64,000 bases of DNA from Tubulanus polymorphus (Eukaryota; Animalia; Nemertea). The translations under genes were made by a program, and so were the position numbers. Location: NCBI RefSeq assembly GCF_964204645.1, contig NC_134027.1, forward strand, positions 12,928,485-12,992,484, read 5' to 3'. Below are positions 46,701 through 58,796 of this stretch, one piece after another; within the stretch, counting starts at the first letter, position 1, and each line of letters begins with the position of its first letter. Below the pieces are notes generated by a model. It did no database searches, was not told the DNA's origin, and worked only from the letters and a program-made list of their open reading frames with translations.

Positions 46701-47814
46701 TTGGTAATTTGATTAAATCAAATACATTTATCTTTATATTATTATCTCTTTCTATTTTTGGAATATTTTTAATTCTAACAGGATACTTATCTATCTTATA
46801 ATTATTTTCAAATTGTTTATAATGAGTTAATCTAAAACTATGTTGTTTATAATCTTCAACTGGGTGTAAACAACTTATTATAGCCCATAGAAAACATTTT
46901 TTATCAAAATTTTGTATATTTATTACTGCTTTTGTTGTAAATGGTAATTTAATATAACTTGTTCCATTTATACTATCATCTTTATAATATGATAAATTAT
47001 TTTCATCAATTGGTTTTGATTTAGTTAACTTATTATATTTTGTGTTATAAACATGTAAAGTTATAAATATTATCTCATCAAATATTAAACCAGATCCTTC
47101 AAAATATTTCTCTTCTATTTTAGTTTTTATTTCATTATAACATTTATTTAATTTATCATCTATATGTTGTTTAGATATAATATGTTGTGAATGAGAATTT
47201 ATATTATATATTGGTTTATCTTCAGATTTTATAAACTTTACTTTAACTGATATACTAATTTTAGGATATTCAACATCTGTAATTATTTTTATTATTTCTT
47301 TCATATTTTCTAAATGTTTTTTATTTTCTTCTAATGTTTTTCCTTTATGAAATTTAAACTCGATAGCTGCTGGACCAATATCACTTTTAAATGCTTCGGC
47401 TATTTCTATATCTTTTTTATTATCTAATGAATTAATATAATTTCTTACATCTTCCATGTATGGTCTTTTATTGTTTAATTTATTTTTTATTCTTTTAATT
47501 GTCTTCTGTTTCTTATCGTTATCATTATCAAAATAATCTTCACCTAAAATATCATTATTCTTATTTCTAATATGACTTATAGATTTTAAATGTTCTTTAT
47601 AATATCTTTTATCACTGAATGATTGATTACATGTATCACATTTATATGTTTCTTTTTCATTCTTTAATTCTTCTAATTTAGTTTCTAATATATCATCTTT
47701 ATATTCTAGTTTCAATTTATTCTCTAAATATGTTCTAGTTTTATTGTGTCTTGCTTTTTGGGATTTATCTATATCGATATTACATGTTGGGCAGTAGTAT
47801 TTATTTGCTTCCAT
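43782..47814 (-). CDS. polB: Polinton-type family B DNA polymerase (intein-free), single frameshift near 44630
   Basis: N-terminal zinc fingers, DFES exonuclease motif, DHDHLNGKFRGAAHENCNL, YIDANNLYG, KLMNNAFYGK, YFDTDS and RSKMY. Confidence 0.93.
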
Positions 47815-47894
47815 TTTAATACTATATTTTTTATTAAAATTGATTTTAGAAGTTCAATGATTTAAATGTTATTCATTTATGTGAATATTTTAAG

Positions 47895-48163
47895 AGTAAT
47901 AGGGATAATAGGCTTTCAAGCTAAAGGTTGTACGGGCGGGTGAGTAAAAATGAAAAAACATAAAAATAATTACAATTTCTACTTGAATTAGGAGTGAAAC
48001 TCATAAAATGAAAAATAAATTCGAGCGTGTGAGAATTTATTTTTCATTTTTATGAGTTTCGCGAGTAATTCAAGTAGAAATTGTAATTATTTTTATGTTT
48101 TTTCATTTTTTTACAAGCTCGACCGTTCGACCTTTGGCTTGAAAGCCTATTATCCCTATTACT
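47895..48163. repeat. Terminal imperfect palindrome, right end of element B
   Basis: Near-exact reverse complement of 29582-29849. Confidence 0.92.
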
Positions 48164-48506
48164 TTTATCAAAGGCAGGTGATGGGAAATGTGCCATCATA
48201 CACTCACCTTTGATATATCCCTAGAGTGGGCCAGGCTTTAAAGGGTAACAGGTTCAATGGAAAACCGGTCATTGAATTTGTCAGTCAAGGTTTCAGTTCA
48301 ATCATATTGATATCAAAAGGCTTGTTGTGGATTGACAATTAACATTCCAGTTTATGAACTTATGTTTTATTCATAAGACTACTTCGTTATTCATTTATTC
48401 AGTCCATTAAGTTTTTATATTTTTTGAACAAATAATACATAAAATTGGTGTTTCAGATAAACGATTCAGCTGGTTTCTATCTATATACAGTCAAGTCTAC
48501 AGTCTA

Positions 48507-48816
48507 CAGTCAACTCCTCTTAATCCGTAGAAGTGGGACCTGGCAAAATCATACGGATTAACTGAAAATACAGATTATTTGAAAATTCTCAGAATATTAA
48601 TACCTGGCCTAGTATAGGCAGGAAATAGCCCTTAAGGGGTGTATTATTAATTTTTTCACTTGTAAATTGATTACTTCAGCATTAATACGGATTATTTCAT
48701 ACGGATTAACTGAATAATTTATTAAGGATTTGAACAAGAAAAAACGGGACTTTGAAATGACTACGGAATAATTAAAAATCCGGATTAATGGGATCCGGAT
48801 TAAGAGGAGTTGACTG
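48507..48816. mobile_element. Tc1/mariner(pogo)-type MITE
   Basis: TA|CAGTCAACTCCTCTTAATCCG...CGGATTAAGAGGAGTTGACTG|TA. Confidence 0.8.
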
Positions 48817-48820
48817 TATA

Positions 48821-50490
48821 TTACAATAATAAATGCAGGAAAGCTTGTCGGATTTCAATATAAGCATTTTTTCCTAAGTCATGTTCTGTTTCCATTGAAC
48901 TTCTTGACAACTCTTGGAACACTGGTAGATCTGCTTCATCTATGGGACATGGAGTTAAGGGCACCATAACTCTCTCGTGATCATCCAAGTTAGCTGCCAT
49001 TAGTTCCTAAATGAAAGAGAATATAATTGGCACACATCATTTTGAGCTCAAAACTTGTATTACCAATTTATACAGAATATGATTATCAATAAATTAACTG
49101 AAAAATTATTCTACTGAAAAAGTTGTGCATGTGTTTTTTTTTCGCTTACCAAATGATCACCAACAGGAGGGCTGCCTTGGTTTTCACCTCTTAACCATAA
49201 TTGAAGCGGTGACTGACCCACTGTTCTGACCTTATGACATATCCAGGCATCAATAAAGCGATTAATGCTGTTTTGTAGGCGGGGTAGAAAAACCATGTGC
49301 AAAACATACAGGTCAACGTCATTGTCTGCTATCAGTAAACATTCTTCTTCTAGTGAATGAAATAAATTATAGAAGGTAGATGTGCAGAGAGAATACACAT
49401 CGCGCCAAAGTCTTTCTATCCGTTGATTGTGGACACTGCGGCCAGTAATAAAATGCCCAGGGCCTCTGTCAGGATGTGCAATTATGTAATCAGCAATTAA
49501 GACATTTTCTCCACCGTGGTCTGATCTAACTTTCTGGGGTAGCCCATATCTTTCGACTGCATTTTTGAAACTCCTAAAAACTGTATCTGCTCTATTGTTG
49601 TTGCTACATCTCATAAAGACAGGAATCCGAGAAAATCCATCAATTCCCCCATGAATTACTATACGCCATCTGAAAATTCAATAAATGTTATCTTTCAATG
49701 ATATTGTTCATACAATGTATTACTAATATCCATGTAACAATAATGCTTTCTTAATTGTTGTTTGAAATACACATGAACTTCTCGTCAAAGGCTAAATATC
49801 GTGAAATCATTTTGGATAGAATACTTCATTTTGATATTTTTCAAATACATCGAGGAAATATTAAGTGTAAGTGACAAAAATCTATACCTAATCAACTTAT
49901 GATTGCCATCTACATGCCATATAAAATTTGGCCCTGGAACCCAATATTCTCTTCTCTTCAGTGTTTTCCGTTTCCTCTCATCGATTCCATCTGGGTCGAC
50001 CCGTCTTAACGACTCCCTTATCCGGTCACGCTGAACTCTAAGGCCTAAACTTTGTATGTGGCCAGCATGTAGCTTTTCTCCCCAATTAGGATGAATGGCT
50101 ACAGCATCTGCCACGATGTCATCAAGAATATCATCTGCAAATAGAAAAATTATGCTTTATTTGCTAGTAAGAAATACAGTAGACTCCGCCTAAACCAGTA
50201 CAGTTGGGACTTTAATTTTTTCCACCGAATTAGGCGTTTACCGGTTTAAAGAAATGCGAAAACCAATGTAGCTGTATTCAGATATCATAGGTGATTTACA
50301 AGACCTTACCCACCTGATAATTTATCTGACATATTAGAGACGCGAAGTCCAAATTCCATAACACGTTGAGCAATAGTTCTTTCACAAACATTGAACATAA
50401 TGCCAATCTCTTTATAAGTGAATGTATGTAGAATAAGATATTCAAGACTTTGATATGGTATCTCTCTTTTAGGTCTTCCACGAACCATTG
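48821..50490 (-). CDS. Multi-exon IS3/IS481-like DDE transposase of the IS3EU element (further 5' exon likely)
   Basis: GRPK/HTH exon, then WHVDGNHKL, GIDGFSR, RSDHGGEN and NQRIERLWRDV. Confidence 0.85.
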
Positions 50491-50551
50491 CTGAAATTTA
50501 ATTATCTAGCATCAGATTAATAGGAAGAGAAGACATACGAGTATGACTAAA

Positions 50552-50979
50552 GGGAGCATCTCAAAATTTCGATAGTTACTTCAATTAGAATAACTGTCTA
50601 ATTCTTTCTAACCCCCCACCCCACCCTTTCAAAGTTGGAACTATTGATTTTCTAATGAGAAACCACAGACAAAGATAAGACATTCTCACGAGTGTATTTC
50701 GCAATTATCACAACTTTTAATTGAAAAATAAAATAGCAAAATTACAAGTGAAAAACCTATTAAAGCCTAATAGACTTTTATAAACAAAATAAAATACATC
50801 TAAAATATCAACAGCATCTAAACGAGAGACGGTTCAATTCAATGTTATCTTTATTGCACCACAATAAATCGATAGTTCGGCAGTGGTGATGAATCCGCGG
50901 GAGGCCTTTACCCCCCCCCCCCATCCCCTTCCGCGAGTTATTCTAATTGAAGTAACTATCAACATTTTGAGATGCTCCC
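50552..50979. mobile_element. MITE, possibly PIF/Harbinger-like
   Basis: ~45-bp TIR GGGAGCATCTCAAAAT...GATAGTTACTTCAATTAGAATAACT with TAA-like flanks; TSD imperfect. Confidence 0.65.
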
Positions 50980-51866
50980 TAACTGAATCTTTCGATTAGA
51001 TGGTGTAGATTAAGTTCTGAGAGTACGACATTCATTGTATTGGAATTTGCGCGGAATTTACCATTTGAGCTCAGACCACTATTCCAAAATCTTCTATATC
51101 CTATGGTAAAAACAAGAAATTCAAACGTTTAGTTCACATATAAGCGCGTAAATTCAGGGGAAATCCTGCGTATGCCTCATAGGCCAGCATCTTAGCTACG
51201 CATTGAAGTGGTTTTCGCCCCATGTACCCAACCTAACTTTTGAAATAATCAAACTTTTAGAAAGGAGGGGTATCCCAGTACAGGTATGCCAGTACATCTG
51301 GACCGAATATAGAAGGGAATGCCCCACCGGGTTTGGTACCCTTACTCCAAGCAAAAAAAGTCCAGGGAATCCCTTATTTCATCATCAATCTGTCTCTCAG
51401 GACCAATGGATTTCATACATATAACCGAAATTCGTTACCTATCCCATTTGCAGAATTATGGCAACATTTATGGAGGACCTCTTTTTCATTTTAGGTACCT
51501 AATTGTGGTCTGATGCCATTTGCTCAACAAGCAATGGGGAATGGACCATGGGGAATCCCTGAGTGTTGCGTCGAAAAGAGCGATATGATTCAATTAAATT
51601 CTAACTTTATTGAATATATAATACCGTGGCGCCACCATACGGTGAACTATGGAACCTTCACGTAAATAAGCTACGTCGTTACAAACTACCCACGTCGCAG
51701 CGAAATAGATGCGATGAAAAGTAGACACGTCGCAAATATACTACGGTGCAGCAATTATCCTACGTCGGAGAAAATATACACCGACGCAAATATACTACGG
51801 CGCAGCAATTATCCTACGCCGTAACAATGGTCATGTTTATTGCATGAATCGCGTTCCATATCACTC

Positions 51867-52816
51867 TGAATACCGAACACCCATTGATTCTCCGCGAATT
51901 CGCGTTCTTCTACAGTGATTGGATCTGAAAGAGGGACAAAACTTTTACGCAGTAACATATTTACAAATCTGTATACACGAAACGTCACTCTCAACAGGTC
52001 ATTCAACGAATTAAAGCTATCAATATCCATAGCCTTATGTATACCGTAACAAGTATTCGATCCAACTGACGTAGCTGTAACAGTAACGAAAGAATTATTT
52101 GCGCAATGAACAGTATCGAAATGAAAATTTGGTAGCCGAGACTCTGATAGCCATGTCGGCCCTTTCCACCATAATTCACACGAAGTAAGAGTATCCGCAA
52201 AAACCCCACGTGAAAGAAGATCTGCAGGATTACTTTCACTGTTACAGTAATGCCAGTATGACATGCATTTAGAGGTCAACCTTCGGATTTCTAAAATCCG
52301 ATTCTTAACAAACGTACTCAATTGTCTATCGGAATTAATCCAGGACAGAACAATTTGGCTATCAGACCAAATATGTGTATCAATATGTAGTCGAGAATCC
52401 ATCGATTCTTTAATGTAAGTAGCCAAACGTGATGCGAGCAAGGCAGCCATGAGTTCCATTTCTGGAATTGTTCTCACTTTGATAGGAGATACCCTATTCT
52501 TAGAAATGACAAATGATGTCTTGCCCTCAACCTTGAGATACCCAACGGCCCCATAGGCTGACTTGCTTGCATCACCGAAAACATGAAGTTCACACTTCTT
52601 ACCGATGATCCCGAAATCAAAATATGCTCTGGGCAAAAAACAACTAGTACTAATAGATAAATCACGTGAAATAACTGCCCATTGATCACGAAGCTCCAAA
52701 GATAAAGGTTCATCCCAGTCAAGACCGGATTTCCACAAATTCTGAGTAAGTTTCTTTGCTAAAATAGTGACTGGAGTAATTAATCCTAGTGGTCCGTAAA
52801 CCCTGGCCGTTTCACT
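51867..52816 (-). CDS. BEL pol segment: RNase H-like region
   Basis: ARVYGPLG, LDWDE, LHVFGDAS..AYG, TIPEMEL, WSDSQI and NPADLLSRG motifs. Confidence 0.9.
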
Positions 52817-53666
52817 CGGTGTTGTCATATCGCGGAAAGACGGAATCGCGGAATTTTCCAAAAACGCGGAATTTCTTCATTTTTACTATAAATAGTAAAC
52901 GGGGTTTTCCCACGGGGATACCCACTGTCGGACAGGGCACCGGACCCAGGTTTTCAACATCGGGAATTAGTATTTGATAATTTATTATATCGCCAGTCAA
53001 CAACTTTACGATACTGTTCCAAATAATGGAGAACCTAGGCAATACGTGCTTTGCGAATTCAGAGATACAGAGTATCGCTGCATTAACTGAAGGAATACAA
53101 ATCGATGGTACGTAAACGTAGGATTTGTGATGACATCATGGGTCATTCTCCAGGACTCATTTCCGAGTTAAGATTTGACTCTGGTCTCTGGATTTAAAAC
53201 ATTGGAAATGAATTGATTCTAAGTAACTGAGAGTTAACTCACAACTGTGGAACTGGATCGATGTCAGACGAAAATAAATTGACATTATGTATATTTCATT
53301 CTGGCTTAGGATTGTTCATGCGTGTTGTGTGTCTACATTGTTGTTATAAGCGAATGTGGTTTATCTTTTAGAATTAAATGATATGAAAGATTATAAAATG
53401 GTTTCCTTTTTTTAATGTTTAGTTTGTGACTGCTATAACATATATGTCCCTATGCTAATTATTTGGATCAAAAGAATCTTATTGGTACCGGTACTGGACG
53501 GCCGTAAAATTATAATAATTTCAAAGGAATTTGAACCGGTACTTGTTTGGTCGTAGGATTTCATGTTTGCAACCATCTACAACTACGGTCCTACACCGCG
53601 AGTAGTTAGGGTATGTCACTATGGTACCGCAGTGGAGTGAGGAGGGAGGAGTGAGGAGGGAGGAGG

Positions 53667-53810
53667 GATGACGTCATACCGGAAGTGACGTCATCCAAGA
53701 TGGCGGCCGGAAGTGACGTCATCCAAGATGGCGGCCGGAAGTGACGTCATCCAAGATGGCGGCCGGAAATGGCGGTTAATATTCAAATTTCAAATTTTTG
53801 GCGGGAAAAT
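53667..53810. promoter_or_regulatory. Tandem ETS-CRE-YY1 motif array plus E2F-like site in mini-Polinton TIR
   Basis: (CCGGAAGTGACGTCATCCAAGATGGCGG) x3 followed by TTTGGCGGGAAA; mirrored x2 at 55630-55750. Confidence 0.65.
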
Positions 53811-53824
53811 TCAAATAGTCACGA

Positions 53825-54069
53825 TCACCGTATTACGTAGATATCCGAAAATACGATGAGCTTTTCGACGTAAATCCGACTAGATGCGGCGTAAAACTAA
53901 CATTGGAACAATGGAAAAAAATTGAAAGACATTAATTTTACAGAAGATATATCCGAACTGGCTAATATGAGACCGTGCTGGTACGATTCGAGTCACTCGA
54001 ATCAGGAATACAGATGCTCGTACTGCGCAAAAGACACAAGCGGGGTTAGAAAGCACCTGAATACGGTAT
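53825..54069 (+). pseudogene. 5'-truncated PC4-like ssDNA-binding gene remnant
   Basis: YVDIRKY...NPTRCGVKLTLEQWKK resembles the PC4 motif VDIR...P..KGISLT.EQW. After a frameshift it continues ...PCWYDSSHSNQEYRCSYC. Confidence 0.55.
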
Positions 54070-56195
54070 AATGATAACCCAAGTATAATTAAAGTAATTT
54101 AAAACCGCTCTGACCAAAAGAGGATTAACTAAAGTAGTGAGTTTCTATATTTTACGAATTTTTATACGTAGCGACTCATTCGTCATCTACCGGATTGTAT
54201 AAATAAAAGCCATAACCCGTGTATATGTATAATATTTTTGGAAAAAAAAAATTTATGTTTTTTAGATGAACGAGTAAATAATAAACTTGCAATGTATATA
54301 ATATTTCATATCTGTCTCATTTTATTCGGATTTACTCTATAATAATCAAGCATTTTGTCGTTGGCCAGACCCCTTGATACAATATATCATCTATGAACGT
54401 AATCAAGTAATTGAGAAACAAATACCATTGACCCATGGTTAGCATCTACCATCTAAAATATCTGGTCAGTACCCTCGATGATATGTGACGGAATATGCAG
54501 GATGAAAATTACGCAATTAAGTAATTGAGAAACAAAAACCATTGACCCGTTGTTAGCATCTGCCGAATAAGTTATTTAGATCAGAGACACAACCGCGATT
54601 GGGGAAATTAAGTATGAGCAAACCAACTATAGTATACCCATTCCGGGTTTGTTGGTTGTTTGTTGATTGACTGACGCGATTAAGCTGTTTGGAAAACCTA
54701 GACTAGTAACAGATGGTTTTCTACGGCGAGTTTATAGAAATATAATTTAGAAAACGACAAAATTCATATACATAATAGTTTATTATAGAAGCTTAAAATA
54801 TTTCACGATAAATTTTTCTTTTACAAAATAATCATTATCATTAGTTTTATTTGACAATAGTTTCGTAATATCGCGTACATCGTTACCGTGACATAGGTGC
54901 AATAGTACAAATATTGCGTAATAACAGAAATACATCGGATAATACGTTTTGATACATCTTATTATTATATTTCCAATCTATGCAATTTTCATCCAAGTAT
55001 TTTTCTAACATTTATCACAAGTTCCGGGTTGTTGCCCGAACGAATCAAAAATAACCGATTCCGTATCCGGTAAACTTTTATTCATTTATCAAAAGTTTTA
55101 ATAATTCAATTTCGTGGTCGATTCCTTGGCGGGTTTTGAATTCTTAACGTCGTGTCAAAATGAGGTCCGCAAATTATTTGAGTAATTGAGTCTATTGGGT
55201 CATGGTGGAGATGGGAAATTATCGAAGGCTGGGATTCCGACATTCCATGTCAAAATGAGTTCCCGGAACTCACTGTTGCTGGGTTTTTGGAAACGCTCGC
55301 CATCGAGGATGGGAATTTGATTATACTGGTGTCCGTTTTGTGCAAATCAATGACATAATAACCCAACATCGCCTATTCTAAGCCGGCTTGAAAATGAGGT
55401 TAAGTGGTTCCCGTGGCTTCAATTCAAAGAAAACAGGTTTTCATCTACTTCAAAATTAAGCCGAAAACAGGGAAATTAACTGTATTTTCCTTATTTGTCG
55501 CATACACCCTTGAATGCGTAAGCGCCATCTAGGATTCAATCATACCAATAAATAAATTTGGATTTAAAACCGCCAATAAATTGATTTGGATTTGTTGTCA
55601 ATAATTTGATTTGGATTTAACGGAAAAATTTTGAATTTTCCCGCCAAAAATTTGAAATTTGAATATTAACCGCCACTTCCGGCCGCCATCTTGGATGACG
55701 TCACTTCCGGCCGCCATCTTGGATGACGTCACTTCCGGTATGACGTCATCCCTCCTCCCTCCTCACTCTTCCCTCCTCACTCCACTGCGGTACCATAGTG
55801 ACATACCCTAACTACTACCGCGAACGTGCTCAATATTTATCTGATAATATTCGCTTCTGAAGTTCTCAAAAAGTCGATGAACTTCGATAACCGAAGTTTG
55901 CCTAGTAGAAATAGACATTAGGTGCCTGGTCTCTTTCACCCCATTTGATTCTGACTTCTTCTACAGGTGGCAGCCAGTCAACGGTATCGTAATATAACAT
56001 TTCCATATAAAATTGCCTGCAAATAATGGGATTCGAACCTAACTCGTTGCATCGATCGGTCCGGTGCGCTGTCCGACAGTGGGTATCCCCGTGGGAAAAC
56101 TCGTTTACTATTTAAAGTAAAAATGAAGAAATTCCGCGTTTTTGGAAAATTCCGCGATTCCGTCTTTCCGCGATATGACAACACCGCGTTTCACT

Positions 56196-57842
56196 GACAA
56201 TCTCTCTCTTCGTAATCAATGGCGTATCGGTAACATCGTGTTTTACCAGCCGTAACGTGTCACCAGAAGTATCCCAGTAGATACCTAAAGTCTTCACAGA
56301 CTGTTTGCCACTCAATACATCATCTTTTAATGCTCTTTGCTTTAAATCTTCGGAATTGGACAGCCACTCACGCAGGTTAAACCCTGCTTCATTGAGTAAT
56401 GCTCTAGAAGTCTCATAGTATTCAATCAACTCAGTATCAGTATCTCTACCTGATAAAACATTATCTACATATAAGCTCTCACGTAAATCTCTAGAAATAT
56501 TACAATCATTTAAACCTAGATGATGTTTAAGTGTTGCATTCAGAATAAAAGGAGAACTTTTGGCTCCAAACAGAACTACGCGAAAACGATAAACAACAAA
56601 CTCACTCTCGGCATCATGTGGATTAGATAGCCACATAAATCTAACATAATCACGATCGTCTTCATGTAGCAGAATATGCAAAAATGCTTTCTCTATATCA
56701 GAGCAAAATCCGTATCGAAATAATCGAAATCTCAAGATAATAGAACAAAGATCGTTTATGAAATTAGGACCCTTGAAAAGACAATCATTAAGACTAGGTT
56801 CTCCAGGCCCTTTACTACAACTACAATCATAGACTACCCTCACGGGGGTTGTCATAGAATCTTTTACGATTGGATGGTGTGGTATATAATGACCAATACT
56901 GGGCGAAACGAATTCTTTGTCAACTAATTCTATAAAACCACGTTTGAGCTGGTCCTGAATAACGGCATCGTAAGTTTGAAGCAAATCAGAATCTAACCTA
57001 CGGATCATTGATCGTGTCCTTGCATAACTAATGTCGTAATTAGATGGAAGCTCGGGGTGTACAGGTTTCCACGGTAAACGTGCTATATAGCGGCCATCGA
57101 TAAATGTACATGTAATAGAATTCTGACAGTACGATTGAAAAATTAGATCGGACTCGGTTTCCGAAATACCTAACGTCTCAAGCTTCCAATAAGTATCTAA
57201 CTCAATTTCTTCTTCTTTATGAGAAGTCACAATGCTCATGATCACAGCTTGGTTTACAGATTCAGACTTACTTACTGGACCCGAAATTACATATCCTAGT
57301 TTCGATCTTACTGCCGTTGGACCATCTCCTCTTCGAATTTCATCTTCAAAAAAAGACCAACATAAATCTGCACCTATAAGTAGTGTTACATCAAATAAAT
57401 CATAATGAGAAATATTGTTAGCTAACTTAAGCCCTTTCAAATACGGATATCTAGACACCGAGTACTGCACACGATTGGCTAGCGGTGTTGCTATTGTAGG
57501 ACAAACTAAAGTACTTATCTGAATGCGTTTTTTATCCAAAGTTACAACGTCAAATTCCACCACACCCATTTTCCTAGTAATGGATTTATCTCCTCCAAAT
57601 CTATTTACACTAATAAACTCTGACCTTACCGGATGCAAACCTAATTTATCAACAAGTGCTCGCGAAACAAATGATCGTGTCGCCCCCTCATCGAAGAGTA
57701 TCAGTGCTTCACCAATAAATTCATTTGTAGGGGAAGCAACGGTAGCAACTGCAGTCTTTAAAAGAACTGCACAATCTGCTGATGTAAAATACTGTTTCAC
57801 TTCTGTGCTTAATTCAGATGCGAAATTACATTGTGAAATATC
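56196..57842 (-). CDS. BEL pol segment: aspartic protease and reverse transcriptase
   Basis: LFDEGATRSF, YIPHHPIVK...RVVYDCS, DIEKAF, FGAKSSPF and LYVDN motifs. Confidence 0.92.
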
Positions 57843-57927
57843 AGTAATTAGGAAATGGCGTTTTCATACCAGAGTACGAGAGTACGAGACACCACTCATC
57901 ACCACAAGTAATTTGTTTTCCTTATAA

Positions 57928-58253
57928 ATGGGAGATAGAAAAGCATTCTTAGCAACAATAAATAACAGAATAAAACCAGCAAAAAACAATTTGAAATAAA
58001 AAAGTTAGTTGATGTTACAAAAGAAATTGAACATAAAATATTGAAATTAGAAAAGATAAAAACTAAATATGGAGAGAAAGTATCAGCTAATTTAAGCTAC
58101 TGTAATGTTAGTACATCGCGAGAATTTAAAGTATTTTTACCTGATAAATGGGTTTCATTGAGTACAGAGGAATTAAAAGATTTAAAAGGATTTAAAATAA
58201 TCTATCATGGAAAAAATGAAGATGGCCATCATGATTTAGAAATTGTTGATTAA
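57928..58253 (+). pseudogene. Frameshifted copy of the 386-712 gene
   Basis: One A fewer in the run near 57981. Confidence 0.75.
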
Positions 58254-58442
58254 ATTTAAAAAAATAAATTAATAAAAATAATGAATATTAAGAATCCGAA
58301 ACAACTTATCTGGACAAATTAATTGCTCCGCATAGATCGTGCCATAAACAGCACCCACACAGTGATAGACAAAAGTAGTGAGATATTCAATTAATATTCA
58401 ATTAATTAAAAAAAATATTTTTTTTGCTTTTTTTCTAAAATA

Positions 58443-58796
58443 TTAATCCATTTTTTTTATTATAAATTTTGGAATTTCAGAAGTATTTTCATTTTTGATA
58501 GCATTTGTTTCAGAATTATTAATATCATGAATTTTATTTGATTTCTTATACCAATTACACCCAATCGAAATGAATACAATTACAAATCCAACTGTAAAAT
58601 ATAGACATTTATCAAATATTCTATCATTAGAAGGAGTAGAAATAACAATATTTTCACTATTTTTATTAACATTTTTATTACTTATTTTTTCTTTTACAGC
58701 TTTTTTATATTCTTGTGATTTAATTCCTAATTGCCGAGACCATTCAATTTGTTTCTGTGATCTCGGTTTTTTCTTCACTTCTTCCACCTCGCTCAT
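58443..58796 (-). CDS. Single-TM protein with basic N-terminus
   Basis: Intact ORF, TAAATG start, homolog in element B. Confidence 0.75.
   Translation of the reverse strand: MSEVEEVKKKPRSQKQIEWSRQLGIKSQEYKKAVKEKISNKNVNKNSENIVISTPSNDRIFDKCLYFTVGFVIVFISIGCNWYKKSNKIHDINNSETNAIKNENTSEIPKFIIKKMD

Larger units (their letters stand above)
29582..48163. mobile_element. Polinton/Maverick-like endogenous DNA virus, element B (complete, 18.6 kb)
   Basis: ~437-bp TIRs (29582-~30018, ~47727-48163), AGT...ACT termini, perfect 6-bp TSD TTTATC (29576-29581, 48164-48169), and 16 genes. Confidence 0.95.
23749..51860. mobile_element. IS3EU-type DNA transposon (~9.5 kb without the nested Polinton)
   Basis: 297-bp TIRs (23749-24045, 51564-51860) starting TATGG and ending CCATA; 6-bp TSD TCACTC; convergent HECT gene and IS3/IS481-like transposase. 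Confidence 0.87.
53601..55816. mobile_element. Non-autonomous mini-Polinton (2.2 kb)
   Basis: AGTAGT...ACTACT termini, 6-bp TSD ACCGCG, and TIRs 53601-53815 / 55630-55816 that differ by one 28-bp repeat unit. Confidence 0.85.
52817..56186. mobile_element. Non-autonomous TIR element with 9-bp TSD (MULE/Mutator-like)
   Basis: ~130-bp TIRs CGGTGTTGTCATATCGCGGAAAG...; TSD CGTTTCACT at 52808-52816 and 56187-56195. The superfamily is inferred only from TSD length. Confidence 0.75.
22066..57842 (-). mobile_element. BEL/Pao LTR retrotransposon backbone, interrupted by nested insertions
   Basis: Protease/RT (56196-57842), RNase H (51867-52816) and integrase (22257-23748) rejoin in frame once each insertion and one TSD copy is removed (REIVSET/ARVY; GIQSE/GFGDII). 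Confidence 0.9.

Noticed and set aside
51809-52861. ORF ends MENSAIPSFRDMTTP and MERDSCNKHDHCYGVG as real protein (likewise 52789, 52812, 55978)
   Set aside because: These are read-through into the TIRs of the inserted elements.
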